A DNA stretch of 32,000 nt from Pseudomonas aeruginosa (GCF_001457615.1 NZ_LN831024.1:6284980-6316979), one strand, 5' to 3'; positions 7,983 to 24,420 are shown, numbered from the stretch's first letter. Notes: a model not told the origin generated them from the letters alone. Numbers and translations are program-made.

Positions 7983-8606
7983 ATGAACGAGACCGTATCC
8001 CTCGAAACACGCGAAGTACGCTTTCTCTCCGTGTTCGACTTCGACGGTACCCTGACATACCGAGACAGCTTCGTGCCCTTCCTGCGTTTCGCCTTCGGCA
8101 ACCGGGTGTTCGTCCGCCGCATGCTGCGCATGGCAGGACCCAGCCTGGCCTATCTCTGCCGGCGTATCGACCGCGACGACCTGAAGGCGCGCCTGATCGC
8201 CACCTTCCTCACCGATGTGCCCGTACATGTGCTGGAAGAGCGGGCGCTGGCCTACCAGAATCGCTTCTGGGAAACACTGATGCGTCCCCACGCATTGACC
8301 GCGGTGGCCGACCAGGTCAGCAGCGGCAGCACCGTGACCATCTGTTCCGCCTCCCCTTCGCTGCTACTCAGGCCGTTCGCCGAGAAGCTCGGCGTGCACC
8401 TGATCGCCACCGAGCTGGAAGTGGTAGACGGCGTACTGACCGGCAGGATCGTCGGCCGCAACTGCCGGCGCGACGAGAAAGTCTGCCGCCTGGAGCGGCA
8501 CTACGGTCCGCTGACCCAATACTCCCTGCGCGCCTGGGGCGACTCGCGCGGCGATACGGAACTGCTGGCGGCGGCGCTGGAGCGCTTCTGGAAACCGTTC
8601 CGCTGA
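7983..8606 (+). CDS. HAD-IB family hydrolase (phosphoserine-phosphatase-like)
   Basis: DxDGT motif in SVFDFDGTLTY and a GDSRGD motif near the C-terminus. AAGGA at 7972-7976 lies 6 nt before ATG 7983. ATG 7977 is an alternative start. Confidence 0.8.
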   Translation: MNETVSLETREVRFLSVFDFDGTLTYRDSFVPFLRFAFGNRVFVRRMLRMAGPSLAYLCRRIDRDDLKARLIATFLTDVPVHVLEERALAYQNRFWETLMRPHALTAVADQVSSGSTVTICSASPSLLLRPFAEKLGVHLIATELEVVDGVLTGRIVGRNCRRDEKVCRLERHYGPLTQYSLRAWGDSRGDTELLAAALERFWKPFR

Positions 8607-8900
8607 CCTGTTGCCGGGTATGGTCTGGTCCGAGTATCAATCCAAAGTGGGAACCAAACCGGGGCGAATGTCGCGATATCCGGCAGGAGAGCAGAATTCG
8701 GCTAACGTTCCGATAGGGTAGTTTCTCCTGCGCTCCCAAGCCCGGGCGGTTCCGCTTGCGGCGATACTCCGAAGCCTTCTTCGATGAAATCGTGCACTGG
8801 CGCCCGGAATCTCGCTTCGTTCCCTTCTTTTCTCCCCGCCGTTCCCGCACCAGCCACACAACCATCCCTTCCATAGCCCGAGCGGTTCATCCCTGGCCCT

Positions 8901-8925
8901 GGCGCCGGCTCCGCGAGCCGGCGCC
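8901..8925 (+). other. Perfect 11-bp GC hairpin in the 5' leader of the MFS gene
   Basis: GGCGCCGGCTC-CGC-GAGCCGGCGCC, 40 nt upstream of ATG 8966. There is no U-tract. Confidence 0.4.
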
Positions 8926-8965
8926 CCCTTGGCGTTCGTCCGCTCATTCAGCCAAAGAGAACATC

Positions 8966-10171
8966 ATGAACCAGAAAATTTCCCCGCCTCCACAGAAGCT
9001 CGACGGCCTGTTCCTGCTGGCCCTGTCGATGGCCGTGTTCTTCGTCGGCGTGACCGAGTTCATGCTGTCCTCCATGCTCGGGCCGCTGGCGCAGGCGTTC
9101 CACACCACTACCAGCGGCGCCGCCTGGCTGATCTCCAGCTACGCGTTCTCCTATGCGATCGCCGCGCCGTTGCTGGGCTACTTCTCCGACCGCATGCAAC
9201 GCAGGAAGCTGCTGCTGCTCGCCCTGATCCTCTTCGCCGTCGATACCCTGGCCATCGTCATCGCCCCGACCCTGGAAATTGCCGTTGTCCTGCGGGTAAT
9301 CGGGGGCATCGCCTCGGCAATCATCATTCCGACCACCTTCGCCCTGGTCGCGGAGGTGGTCGCCCCGCAAAGACAGGCCGGTGCCATGGGCCAGGTGATG
9401 CTCGGCATGACCCTCGGCATTGCCGCCGGCCCGGCACTGGCCGGCCTCCTCTCGGACTTCTTCGGCTGGGCGACGCCCTTCCTGATGGTCTCGTGCGGTT
9501 GCGTGCTGGTCTTCCTGATGGCGCGCCAGCGCCTTCCCGTGCAAGCCGTGGCACCGCGCGCCGAGGGCCACGCGCTGGGCTGGTGCAGGCAATGGAGCAT
9601 CCTCAGGCCACTGATCGCCAAGGGGGCCTGGAACGGCACCGGGGTCGCCGGCCTGCTTCTCTCGGGAGAGGTGCTGCGCCAGCGCTACGGCTTCAGCACC
9701 GCGCAGATAGGCGTCAGCATCGCCGCCTTCGGCGTGGGCCTGGCCGTGGGCAACCTCGCCGCGGGTTACCTGCGGCGCTACCTGAAGCGCGACGAAGACA
9801 TGCTCCTGCTGGTGCTGGCGCTCCTGGTGCTATCGATGTCGACCTTCATGCTCCTGCCGCTACCGTTGCCCGTGGCGCTCTTCTGCCTGGGCGCCTGGGG
9901 CACCGCGCTGGGCCTGGGCGCGCCGGCGGGCACGGTGGTACTCGCCTCGCGCTCCGGGCCGGACAAGGGCATGGTGCTGTCGTTCGCCGAGACGTTCAAC
10001 AACATCGCCATTCTCGCCAGCGTGCCCCTGGCTGTGCGACTGCTGGAGCTGAAGGGGCCGCCCGCCACCCTGTGGGTATTGGGCATCGGCCTGGGCATCG
10101 GCGCCTGGTTCACCGTGCTGGACTGGTTCGCCAGCCGCAGGAGCGACGAAGCGCTGCCGTTGCGCGATTGA
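8966..10171 (+). CDS. MFS transporter
   Basis: The start is set at ATG 8966 (MNQKISPPPQKLDGLFLLALSMAVFFVG...). It is a multi-TM protein with an MFS loop motif GYFSDRMQRRKLL. The 70 upstream codons in the ORF track look non-coding. Confidence 0.8.
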   Translation: MNQKISPPPQKLDGLFLLALSMAVFFVGVTEFMLSSMLGPLAQAFHTTTSGAAWLISSYAFSYAIAAPLLGYFSDRMQRRKLLLLALILFAVDTLAIVIAPTLEIAVVLRVIGGIASAIIIPTTFALVAEVVAPQRQAGAMGQVMLGMTLGIAAGPALAGLLSDFFGWATPFLMVSCGCVLVFLMARQRLPVQAVAPRAEGHALGWCRQWSILRPLIAKGAWNGTGVAGLLLSGEVLRQRYGFSTAQIGVSIAAFGVGLAVGNLAAGYLRRYLKRDEDMLLLVLALLVLSMSTFMLLPLPLPVALFCLGAWGTALGLGAPAGTVVLASRSGPDKGMVLSFAETFNNIAILASVPLAVRLLELKGPPATLWVLGIGLGIGAWFTVLDWFASRRSDEALPLRD

Positions 10172-10179
10172 CGGCGAGC

Positions 10180-10204
10180 GCCGGGGCCGCATGCCTGCCC
10201 CGGC
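10180..10204. terminator. Hairpin between the convergent MFS and glmS genes (candidate bidirectional terminator)
   Basis: GCCGGGGC-(9 nt)-GCCCCGGC followed by TTCTC on the + strand. Confidence 0.5.
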
Positions 10205-10225
10205 TTCTCGGGCACGCGGCCGGCG

Positions 10226-12061
<1,836 letters not shown>

Positions 12062-12076
12062 GGGGTCTTTCTCCTT

Positions 12077-12850
12077 TCAGGCCTCGACCGGGGTGCAGAT
12101 CAGCGTGACGCCCCGGGCGGTTATCTGTTCGCGCGCGGAAGGTTCCAGGCGCTCGTCGGTAATCAGGGTATGGATGCTGCTCCAGGGCAATTCCTGGTTG
12201 GGAATGCGCCGACCGACCTTGTCGGCCTCGGCCATGACGATCACCTCGCGGGCGACCTCGGCCATCACCCGGCTCAGGCCCAGCAATTCGTTGAACGTGG
12301 TCGTCCCGCGTTCGAGATCGATGCCGTCGGCACCGATGAATAGTTGGTCGAAGTCATAGGAACGCAGCACCTGCTCGGCAACCTGCCCCTGGAACGACTC
12401 GGAATGCGGATCCCAGGTCCCCCCGGTCATCAGCAGCACCGGCTCGTGCTCCAGTTCGCGCAGGGCGTTGACCACGTTCAGCGAGTTGGTCATCACCACC
12501 AGGCCCGGCTTGTGCCCGAGTTCGGGGATCATCGCCGCGGTGGTGCTGCCACTGTCGATGATGATCCGCGCATGCTCGCGGATGCGCGCCGCGGCGGCGC
12601 GACCGATAGCCTGCTTGTAGGGCGAGACGGGCTGCGCAGCTTCACCGATCAGTTCCTGCGGCATCGGCACCGCACCGCCGTAGCGACGCAACAGCAGGCC
12701 GTGGCTTTCCATGGCGGCGAGGTCCTTGCGGATGGTCACTTCCGAGGTGGAAAAGCGCTTGGCGAGTGCGTCCACGCTGACCTCGCCCTGCTCGGAAAGC
12801 AGCGCGAGGATGGCATGGCGACGTTGCGGCGTATTACGTTTCGAGATCAC
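12077..12850 (-). CDS. glmR: DeoR-family transcriptional regulator of the glm cluster
   Basis: 257 aa with an N-terminal HTH (VSVDALAKRFSTSEVTIRKDLAAME) and a DeoR C-terminal sugar-binding domain. It lies directly upstream of glmS. The GTG start has no clear SD, so the start is uncertain. Confidence 0.85.
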   Translation of the reverse strand: MISKRNTPQRRHAILALLSEQGEVSVDALAKRFSTSEVTIRKDLAAMESHGLLLRRYGGAVPMPQELIGEAAQPVSPYKQAIGRAAAARIREHARIIIDSGSTTAAMIPELGHKPGLVVMTNSLNVVNALRELEHEPVLLMTGGTWDPHSESFQGQVAEQVLRSYDFDQLFIGADGIDLERGTTTFNELLGLSRVMAEVAREVIVMAEADKVGRRIPNQELPWSSIHTLITDERLEPSAREQITARGVTLICTPVEA

Positions 12851-12881
12851 TTAAGTTTCGTTTCGAAAGAAAAGTGTGCGA

Positions 12882-12910
12882 ATCAAAACTTATCCGGCGC
12901 TTCTCGTCAA
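12882..12910 (-). promoter_or_regulatory. Candidate promoter for glmR-glmS in the AT-rich M23/glmR spacer
   Basis: The minus strand reads TTGACG (12910-12905), 17 nt, then TTTGAT (12887-12882). Downstream is a TTTCGAAA palindrome / GTTTCG repeat (12855-12872) that could be a DeoR-type operator. Confidence 0.35.
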
Positions 12911-12917
12911 TGACTTT

Positions 12918-13427
12918 TCATCGGCTCGGCAGCACCGTATCGGGATCGAGATAGAACATCTTCTTCCAACCCTGGGTGCTGTCGTCGGCCAGCCAGGGAT
13001 AGGGCAGCAAGGTGATGATCGCGTAGTGCAGGTGGGCCGGCTTGCCGCGCGCGTTGCCGGTGGTGCCGACCGTACCCAGGCGGGAACCGGCAAGGACCGG
13101 CTGGCCCGGATAGGCGTCGAGGCTATCGAGATGGGCGTAGTAATGCAGGCGCCACTTGGGCGCCAGCACCAGGACGACCTTGCCGCCGAGGGCGATCTCC
13201 CCGCGATAGAGCACCAGGCCGTAGCTGGCGGAGCGTACGGGGGTGCCGCTGCGGGCGAAGATGTCGATGCCCTTGTGCACTCCGGAGCGCCCCCAGGGCT
13301 CGAACCAGAAGGTTCGCGGATTCCAGTCGCGGGCACTGGCGCCTTCGACGGGTATCCGCGGCCATTCGGGCAGCACCGCCCAGGCTATGAGCAGCCCCAG
13401 CACGATCCGTTTCGCAGGCTTCGGCAT
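12918..13427 (-). CDS. M23-family (LytM-type) metallopeptidase with N-terminal membrane anchor/signal
   Basis: The start is set at ATG 13427 (MPKPAKRIVLGLLIAWAVL...), with GGAG 8 nt upstream. It carries the M23 motifs HKGIDI (HxxxD) and HLHYAI (HxH). Confidence 0.8.
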   Translation of the reverse strand: MPKPAKRIVLGLLIAWAVLPEWPRIPVEGASARDWNPRTFWFEPWGRSGVHKGIDIFARSGTPVRSASYGLVLYRGEIALGGKVVLVLAPKWRLHYYAHLDSLDAYPGQPVLAGSRLGTVGTTGNARGKPAHLHYAIITLLPYPWLADDSTQGWKKMFYLDPDTVLPSR

Positions 13428-13440
13428 CCGTGCCGCTCCG

Positions 13441-14805
13441 TTACTTCTTGATTTTTTCCGGGCGCTTCCAGTTTTCCAGGTTCTTCTGCCGGGCGCGGCC
13501 GAAGGCCAGGTTCTTCGCCGGAACCTCATGGGTGATGGTGGAGCCGGCCGCGGTCGTCGCGCCATCGCCGATCTTCAGCGGCGCCACCAGCGAGTTGTTC
13601 GAGCCGATGAACACATCGTCGCCCAGCTCGGTGCGGAACTTGTTCGCGCCATCGTAGTTGCAGGTGATGGTGCCGGCGCCGATGTTGCAGTTGGCGCCCA
13701 GCTCGGCATCGCCCAGGTAGCTCAGGTGGCCGGCCTTGCTGCCCTCGCCCAGGCGGGCATTCTTCAGTTCGACGAAGTTGCCGACATGGGCCCGAGCGCC
13801 GAGCACGCTGCCCGGACGCAGGCGGGCAAACGGACCGGCATCGCTACCCTCGCCCAGCTCCGCGCCTTCCAGGTGGCTGTTGGCCTTGATCACCGCGCCA
13901 CGCCGCAGGACGCTGTCGCGAATCACGCAGTTCGGTCCGATGCGCACGTCGTCCTCGATCACCACGCGGCCTTCCAGCACCACATTGACGTCGATCAGCA
14001 CGTCGCGGCCGACCGAGATTTCGCCACGGACATCCAGGCGCTGCGGATCGAGCAGGGTCACGCCCTGGCGCATCAGCTCCTCTGCGCGCATGCGCTGGTA
14101 GTGACGCTCCAGCTGGGCCTGTTGCATGCGGTCATTGACGCCCTGCACTTCCATCGCGTCCAGCGGTTGGGCGCTGGCCACCACCAGGCCGTCGCCGACC
14201 GCCATGGCGATCACGTCGGTCAGGTAGTACTCGCCCTGGGCGTTGTCGTTGGACAGGCGGCCGAGCCAGTCGGCAAGGCGCTTGCCCGGCACCGCGAGGA
14301 TGCCGGTGTTGATCTCGCCGATCTGGCGCTGCGCCGGGGTCGCGTCCTTGTGCTCGACGATGGCCTGCACCGCGCCCTGGTCGTCACGGACGATGCGGCC
14401 GTAGCCGGTGGGGTCGAGCATGTCGACGGTGAGCAACGACAACTGGTCCGGGGTGACTTGCGCCAGCAGGCGCTGCAAGGTGTCCAGCTGGATCAGCGGC
14501 ACGTCGCCGTAGAGGATCAGCACCTGGTCTGCACTGAGGAACGGCAGGGCCTGGGCCACCGCATGGCCCGTACCGAGCTGTTCGGCCTGGAGCACGAAAT
14601 TCAGGTCGTCGGCGGCCATCCGCTCACGCACCAGATCCGCGCCGTGGCCGATCACCACGTGGATCCGTTCCGGCTGCAACTGGCGCGCGCAGTCGATGAC
14701 GTGGCCGAGCATCGGCTTGCCGGCAATGGGATGGAGGACCTTGGGCAGGGCCGAACGCATGCGGGTGCCCTGGCCGGCGGCGAGAATCACGATTTCAAGG
14801 GACAT
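13441..14805 (-). CDS. glmU: Bifunctional UDP-N-acetylglucosamine pyrophosphorylase / glucosamine-1-phosphate N-acetyltransferase
   Basis: 454 aa with the N-terminus [18 protein letters not shown] (LAAGxGTRM motif). The C-terminal part is a hexapeptide-repeat domain. Confidence 0.97.
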   Translation of the reverse strand: MSLEIVILAAGQGTRMRSALPKVLHPIAGKPMLGHVIDCARQLQPERIHVVIGHGADLVRERMAADDLNFVLQAEQLGTGHAVAQALPFLSADQVLILYGDVPLIQLDTLQRLLAQVTPDQLSLLTVDMLDPTGYGRIVRDDQGAVQAIVEHKDATPAQRQIGEINTGILAVPGKRLADWLGRLSNDNAQGEYYLTDVIAMAVGDGLVVASAQPLDAMEVQGVNDRMQQAQLERHYQRMRAEELMRQGVTLLDPQRLDVRGEISVGRDVLIDVNVVLEGRVVIEDDVRIGPNCVIRDSVLRRGAVIKANSHLEGAELGEGSDAGPFARLRPGSVLGARAHVGNFVELKNARLGEGSKAGHLSYLGDAELGANCNIGAGTITCNYDGANKFRTELGDDVFIGSNNSLVAPLKIGDGATTAAGSTITHEVPAKNLAFGRARQKNLENWKRPEKIKK

Positions 14806-14863
14806 GGACTGAACTACCGTTCCTGGTGGTCACAGGCAAAACCTGTGAGTGAAGATGCAAAAC

Positions 14864-14890
14864 GAAAAAAGGGTAGCCCACAGGCTACCC
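14864..14890 (-). terminator. Rho-independent terminator of the atp operon
   Basis: The minus strand reads GGGTAGCC-TGTG-GGCTACCC followed by TTTTTTCGTTTT, 36 nt after the atpC stop. Confidence 0.85.
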
Positions 14891-14925
14891 TTTTCCCTGA
14901 CACCGCTAGAAGTACCGGCTGGAAA

Positions 14926-15351
14926 TCAGCCGCCGAACTTCTTGCGCAGTTGCTGGACGGTGCGCAGCTGGGCTGCGGCTTCGGCCAGACGCGCGGCAGC
15001 GGCGCTGTAGTCGAACTCGGCGCCCTTGCCCTGCAGCGCCTTTTCGGCAGCCTTCAGGGCTTCCTGGGCGGCCGCTTCGTCGAGGTCGCCGGCACGAACC
15101 ACGGTGTCGGCGAGGACCTTGACCATGTTCGGCTGGACTTCGAGGAAACCGCCGGAGATGTAGTACACCTCCTGCTCGCCGCCCTGCTTGACCAGGCGGA
15201 TGGGGCCCGGTTTCAGGTCGGTGATCAGCGGCGCGTGGCCCGGGGCGATACCCAGGTCACCCAGAGCGCCGTGCGCGATAACCATCTCGACCAGGCCGGA
15301 GAAGATCTCCGCCTCGGCGCTGACGATGTCGCAATGGACTGTTATGGCCAT
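14926..15351 (-). CDS. atpC: F1 ATP synthase epsilon subunit
   Basis: 141 aa, in the last position of the atp operon. The sequence is typical of epsilon subunits. Confidence 0.95.
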
Positions 15352-15392
15352 ACGCTTGCCTCACATGAGCGCCCGTCGCCGGGCGCACAGGA

Positions 15393-16799
<1,407 letters not shown>

Positions 16800-17660
16800 T
16801 TACACCGCGGCAGCGCCGCCGACGATTTCCGAGATTTCCTGGGTGATCGCCGCCTGACGCGCCTTGTTGTAGATCAGCTGCAAATCGCTGATCAGCTCGC
16901 CGGCGTTGTCGGTAGCGTTCTTCATTGCAATCATCCGGGCCGCCTGCTCACAGGCGTTGTTCTCAACCACGGCCTGGTACACCTGGGATTCCACGTAACG
17001 CACCAGCAGCCCGTCGAGGAGCGACTTGGCGTCGGGTTCGTAGAGATAGTCCCAGTGGTGCTTCAGCTCCTGATCGTCATCGGCCACCAGCGGAATCAGC
17101 TGTTCCACGGTCGGCTTCTGGGTCATGGTGTTGACGAACTTGTTGGAGACCACGAACAGGCGATCGATACGGCCTTCGAGGTATGCGTCGAGCATCACCT
17201 TGACACTGCCGATCAGGTCGTTGATCGAAGGCTCTTCGCCGAGGTGGCTGATAGCTGCCACGACGTTGCCGCCGAAACTGCGGAAGAACGAAGCGCCCTT
17301 GCTACCGATCACGCAAAGGTCGATTTCTGCCCCTTGCTCGCGGTAGCCGCTCATGTCCTTGACGAGGGACTTGAACAGGTTGATGTTCAGACCGCCGCAC
17401 AGACCACGGTCACTGCTCACCACGATGTAGCCGACGCGCTTGACTTCACGCTCGACCATGAACGGGTGACGGTATTCCGGGTTGGCGTTGGCCAGATGGC
17501 CGATCACCTGGCGAATACGCTCCGCGTAGGGACGGCCGGCCGCCATGCGCATTTGTGCCTTGCGCATCTTGCTCACCGCCACTTTTTCCATGGCATTGGT
17601 GATCTTTTGCGTGCTTTTGATGCTCGCAATCTTGCTGCGAATCTCTTTTGCGCCTGCCAT
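16800..17660 (-). CDS. atpG: F1 ATP synthase gamma subunit
   Basis: 286 aa. [28 protein letters not shown] is the canonical gamma N-terminus. Confidence 0.97.
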
Positions 17661-17710
17661 TTGACACCTATCGGGTTAGCAGGCGGGAGCCTCGCGGCTC
17701 CCGCTGCGGC

Positions 17711-19255
<1,545 letters not shown>

Positions 19256-19273
19256 GCCGCTGCCCCTTCAAAC

Positions 19274-19810
19274 TCAAGATTTCAACGCTTCGGCCAGTTT
19301 CGCGAGCTTGCCGCGCACCGAGCCATCGATTACCAAGTCACCGGCGCGAATGATCACGCCGCCGATCAGGCTCGCGTCTTCCGACGCATGTAGCCGCACT
19401 TCGCGACTGAGCCGGGCGCTGAGAGCCTTGGCGAGTTTGTCCTGCTGTTCTTTGCTCAAGGTGAAGGCACTGGTGACTTCTACCTCGACCGACTTTTCCT
19501 GCTCGGCCTTCAACTGCTCGTACATCTCAGCGATGGTCGGCAGCAGTTCGAGCCGCTTGTTCTCAGCCACAGTCCGGACGAAGTTCTGGGCTGGTGCATT
19601 CAGCTTGTCGCCGCACACATCGATCAGGCTCTGGGCCTTGGCCGAAGAGGTCAGCTGAGGCTCTTTGAGCAGCTGGCGCACGGTGTCGTCCTGCGACACT
19701 GCGGCCAGCACACCCAGCGCAGCCGACCAATCGGCCAGTTGCTGATGAGCCTGGGCGTACTCGAAAGCCGCCTTTGCGTAGGGACGAGCCAACGTGGTCA
19801 GTTCTGCCAT
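19274..19810 (-). CDS. atpH: F1 ATP synthase delta subunit
   Basis: 178 aa, OSCP/delta-like. Assigned by its position in the operon. Confidence 0.95.
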
Positions 19811-19821
19811 AGCGCCCTCGC

Positions 19822-20292
19822 TTAGATCTCGGCTGCCAGTTTGGAAACCAGCTGCTCGTGCGCGTTTGCGTCGATCGAAGCACCCAGGATCTTCTCTGCG
19901 CCGGTGACGGCCAGGGCACCCACTTGGGCACGCAGGGCGTCCTTGACGCTGTTCAGTTCCTGTTCGATTTCCGCTTGGGCCTGGGCCTTCAGGCGTTCGC
20001 CTTCGGTACGGGCCTGGTCGCGGGCTTCATCGACGATCTGGTTAGCGCGTTTCTTCGCCTGTTCGACGATTTCGGCTGCCTGAGCCTTGGCTTCGCGCAG
20101 TTGCTGGCCCGCTTTCTCATGAGCCAGCTCCAGATCACGAGCCGCGCGGTTGGCAGCGTCCAGGCCGTCAGCGATCTTCTTCTGACGCTCTTGCAGAGCC
20201 GCGATGACCGGAGGCCACACGAACTTCATGCAGAACAGCACAAAGATGAAGAACGCAACGGACTGGCCAATCAGGGTTGCATTAATGTTCAC
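19822..20292 (-). CDS. atpF: F0 ATP synthase subunit b
   Basis: 156 aa with a single N-terminal TM followed by a long charged helix. Confidence 0.95.
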
Positions 20293-20349
20293 GCCAACAC
20301 CTCGCTCGTTCGTTGTCCGTCAAACACTCAAATCGAATGATTCGAGTGA

Positions 20350-21923
<1,574 letters not shown>

Positions 21924-22012
21924 GCGGGACTCCATCGCGCTCTCAGTCTTCTGGTGTCGGCACTGCCAAATCAACGACTTGGCATAAAAAGTGCCCACAA
22001 AATAGCGCGCAG

Positions 22013-22041
22013 AGTATAGGGGGGGAGTCCCCCCTGTTCAA
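22013..22041 (-). promoter_or_regulatory. Candidate sigma70 promoter of the atp operon
   Basis: The minus strand reads TTGAAC (22041-22036), a 17-nt spacer AGGGGGGACTCCCCCCC, then TATACT (22018-22013). The spacer is itself a G6/C7 inverted repeat. Confidence 0.45.
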
Positions 22042-22086
22042 CTGGCTGGTAGTGATTTCCGACTACCCGCTACAACCCAAAGTGTG

Positions 22087-22959
22087 TCAACGGATGTGGG
22101 CGAGAACGCCCTGCAGTTCATCCAGGGAGCTGTAGCGGATGACCAACTGTCCCTTGCCCTTCTGACCATGCCGGATCTGCACCGAAGCGCCCAGGCGCTC
22201 GGCCAGGCGCTGTTCCAGGCGGGCGATGTCCGGGTCGCTCTTGACCGGTCCCGCAGGCTTGCCCGGGGCATGCGTCCACTGCCGAACCAGGGCTTCGGTC
22301 TGACGTACGGTCAGCCCATGTGCGACAACATGTCGCGCCCCTTCCACCTGCCGTTCTGCCGGCAGACCGAGGAGCGCACGGGCATGGCCCATCTCCAGGT
22401 CGCCATGGGAAAGCAGGGTCTTGATCTCTTCCGGCAGGCCGATCAGGCGCAGCAGGTTGGTAATGGTCGCGCGCGACTTGCCGACCGCTTCCGCGACCTG
22501 CTGCTGGGTCAGCTGGAACTCCTGCTGCAAGCGCTGCAGGGCAGCGGCTTCCTCGATCGGGTTAAGGTCCTCGCGCTGGATGTTCTCGATCAGCGCCATG
22601 GCGATGGCCGCTTCGTCCGGCACGTCGCGCACCAGCGCCGGGATCTTTTCCAGTCCGGCCTGCTGGCTGGCCCGCCAGCGCCGCTCGCCGGCGATGATCT
22701 CGTAGCGGCCATTGGCGATCGGCCGCACCACGATGGGCTGCATCACGCCCTGGGCCTTGATCGACTGCGCCAGTTCCTCCAGCGCCTGAGGGTCCATGTC
22801 GCGACGCGGCTGGTACTTGCCGCGCTGCATCAGGTCGAGGGGGATCTGCTGCAACTCGCGGCGGTCGGCCTGTACGGCTTCCTCCTGCAGTTTGGCGGGA
22901 CTCGAGCCGCCCAGCAGGGCATCGAGCCCGCGTCCCAGTCCACGTTTCTTGGCTGCCAT
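22087..22959 (-). CDS. parB: Chromosome partitioning protein ParB (Spo0J)
   Basis: 290 aa with the ParB box GERRWRA and an HTH. AAGGA SD upstream of the start, 9-nt gap after parA. Confidence 0.97.
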   Translation of the reverse strand: MAAKKRGLGRGLDALLGGSSPAKLQEEAVQADRRELQQIPLDLMQRGKYQPRRDMDPQALEELAQSIKAQGVMQPIVVRPIANGRYEIIAGERRWRASQQAGLEKIPALVRDVPDEAAIAMALIENIQREDLNPIEEAAALQRLQQEFQLTQQQVAEAVGKSRATITNLLRLIGLPEEIKTLLSHGDLEMGHARALLGLPAERQVEGARHVVAHGLTVRQTEALVRQWTHAPGKPAGPVKSDPDIARLEQRLAERLGASVQIRHGQKGKGQLVIRYSSLDELQGVLAHIR

Positions 22960-22968
22960 GCGGGTTCC

Positions 22969-23757
22969 TTATGCGGTTGCGGCGCGGCCTTGGGCGCGCT
23001 GGCGGCGGACCAGCTCGCCGGCCAGCGCCAGGTAGGCGATGGCGCCGCGGGATTGCTTGTCGTAAACCAGCGCCGGCATGCCGAAGCTGGGGGCTTCGGC
23101 GAGGCGCACGTTACGCGGGATGACGGTGCTGTAGAGGGTGTCGCCGAAATGCTCCTGCAACTGCGCGGAGACATCATTGGTCAGGCTGATGCGCGGATCG
23201 TACATGGTCCGCAACAGACCCTCGATCTTCAGCGTCGGGTTGAGCAACTGGCCGATGCGCTGGATGCTGTTCATCAGGTCGGTCAGCCCCTCCAGCGCGT
23301 AGTACTCACACTGCATGGGGATGATCACGCCGTCGGCGGCGGTCAGCGCGTTGACGGTGAGCATCGACAGCGACGGCGGGCAGTCGATGAGGATGTAGTC
23401 GTAGTTCTCGCGGATCGGCGCCAGCGCGTTGCGCAGGCGATTTTCCTTCATGTCCATTTCCAGCAGCACCACTTCCGCGGCGGTCAGGTCGCGGTTGGCC
23501 GGCAGCAACTGGTAGCCGCCGTGTTCGGAGAACTGCATGGCCTCGGCGAGGTTGCACTCGCCGGTGAGCACGTCGTAGATGGAGTGCTCCAGGTTGTGCT
23601 TGTCGATGCCGCTGCCGGTGGTGGCGTTGCCCTGGGGATCCAGGTCCAGCAGGAGGACGCGGCGCTTGGTCGCCACGAGGGAGGCCGCGAGGTTGATACA
23701 GGTCGTGGTCTTGCCGACACCGCCTTTCTGGTTGGCGATCGCGAATACCTTAGCCAT
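22969..23757 (-). CDS. parA: Chromosome partitioning ATPase ParA (Soj)
   Basis: 262 aa with the deviant Walker A KGGVGKTT. Confidence 0.97.
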   Translation of the reverse strand: MAKVFAIANQKGGVGKTTTCINLAASLVATKRRVLLLDLDPQGNATTGSGIDKHNLEHSIYDVLTGECNLAEAMQFSEHGGYQLLPANRDLTAAEVVLLEMDMKENRLRNALAPIRENYDYILIDCPPSLSMLTVNALTAADGVIIPMQCEYYALEGLTDLMNSIQRIGQLLNPTLKIEGLLRTMYDPRISLTNDVSAQLQEHFGDTLYSTVIPRNVRLAEAPSFGMPALVYDKQSRGAIAYLALAGELVRRQRAQGRAATA

Positions 23758-23775
23758 GGTTATCCCTGTTCCCCC

Positions 23776-24420
23776 TCATGCTGTGCGCCGCAGTATCAGC
23801 AGATGCCGCTGACCTTGGCAACCGGGTACCGCCAGCGCGTGCTCGGCTTCGACCCGGAAATCCTCCGGGAGTGCCGCCAGCTCTTCGTTCGGATGCACGC
23901 CCTTCATCGCCAGCCAGCGGGTTTCCTGGCCACCGAGGTGGCGGGTCCAGTTGGCGAAGTCCTCCAGGCTGCTGAAAGCGCGGGAAACGATGCCATCGAA
24001 GGGGCTCTCGGGACGGAAGGCTTCCACCCGGCTGTGCACGACTTCGAGGTTGGCCAGCTTCAGCTCGAGCTTCACCTGGGTCAGGAAGCGGGTCTTCTTG
24101 CCGTTGCTGTCGAGCAGGGTCAGGCGCTTTTCCGGGAACAGGATGGCCAGCGGCACGCCGGGCATGCCGCCGCCGCTGCCGACATCCAGCCAGTTATCCC
24201 CAGCCTCGGCATAAGGCACGATGCTCAGGCTGTCGAGCAGGTGGCGCGAAACCATCTCGTCCGGGTCGCGTACGGCGGTCAGGTTGTAGGCCTTGTTCCA
24301 TTTGATCAGCAGGGCCAGGTAGGCCAGCAGCTGGCGTTGCTTGTCGGCGTCGAGGGCGACGCCTAGCTCGTCAGCACCGCGCGCGAGTTCGTCGGCGTGG
24401 TGTTGGGTTACCGCAGACAT
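23776..24420 (-). CDS. rsmG: 16S rRNA (guanine527-N7)-methyltransferase
   Basis: GidB-family sequence with [14 protein letters not shown] 24420 overlaps the mnmG TGA (24420-24422) by 1 nt, which suggests translational coupling. Confidence 0.95.
   Translation of the reverse strand: MSAVTQHHADELARGADELGVALDADKQRQLLAYLALLIKWNKAYNLTAVRDPDEMVSRHLLDSLSIVPYAEAGDNWLDVGSGGGMPGVPLAILFPEKRLTLLDSNGKKTRFLTQVKLELKLANLEVVHSRVEAFRPESPFDGIVSRAFSSLEDFANWTRHLGGQETRWLAMKGVHPNEELAALPEDFRVEAEHALAVPGCQGQRHLLILRRTA

Noticed and set aside
8637-8947. Minus-strand ORFs of 74, 81 and 168 aa in the HAD-MFS spacer
   Set aside because: They have no SD, give low-complexity Arg/Gly-rich translations, overlap one another in different frames and show no GC3 signal.
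22084-24366. 760-aa ORF antisense to parB, parA and rsmG
   Set aside because: Same artefact. It spans three bona fide genes and their junctions and has no SD. The same reasoning applies to 15462..16784, 17648..19393, 24438..25802, 29377..30756, 5486..6646, 6522..7616 and 1781..2842.
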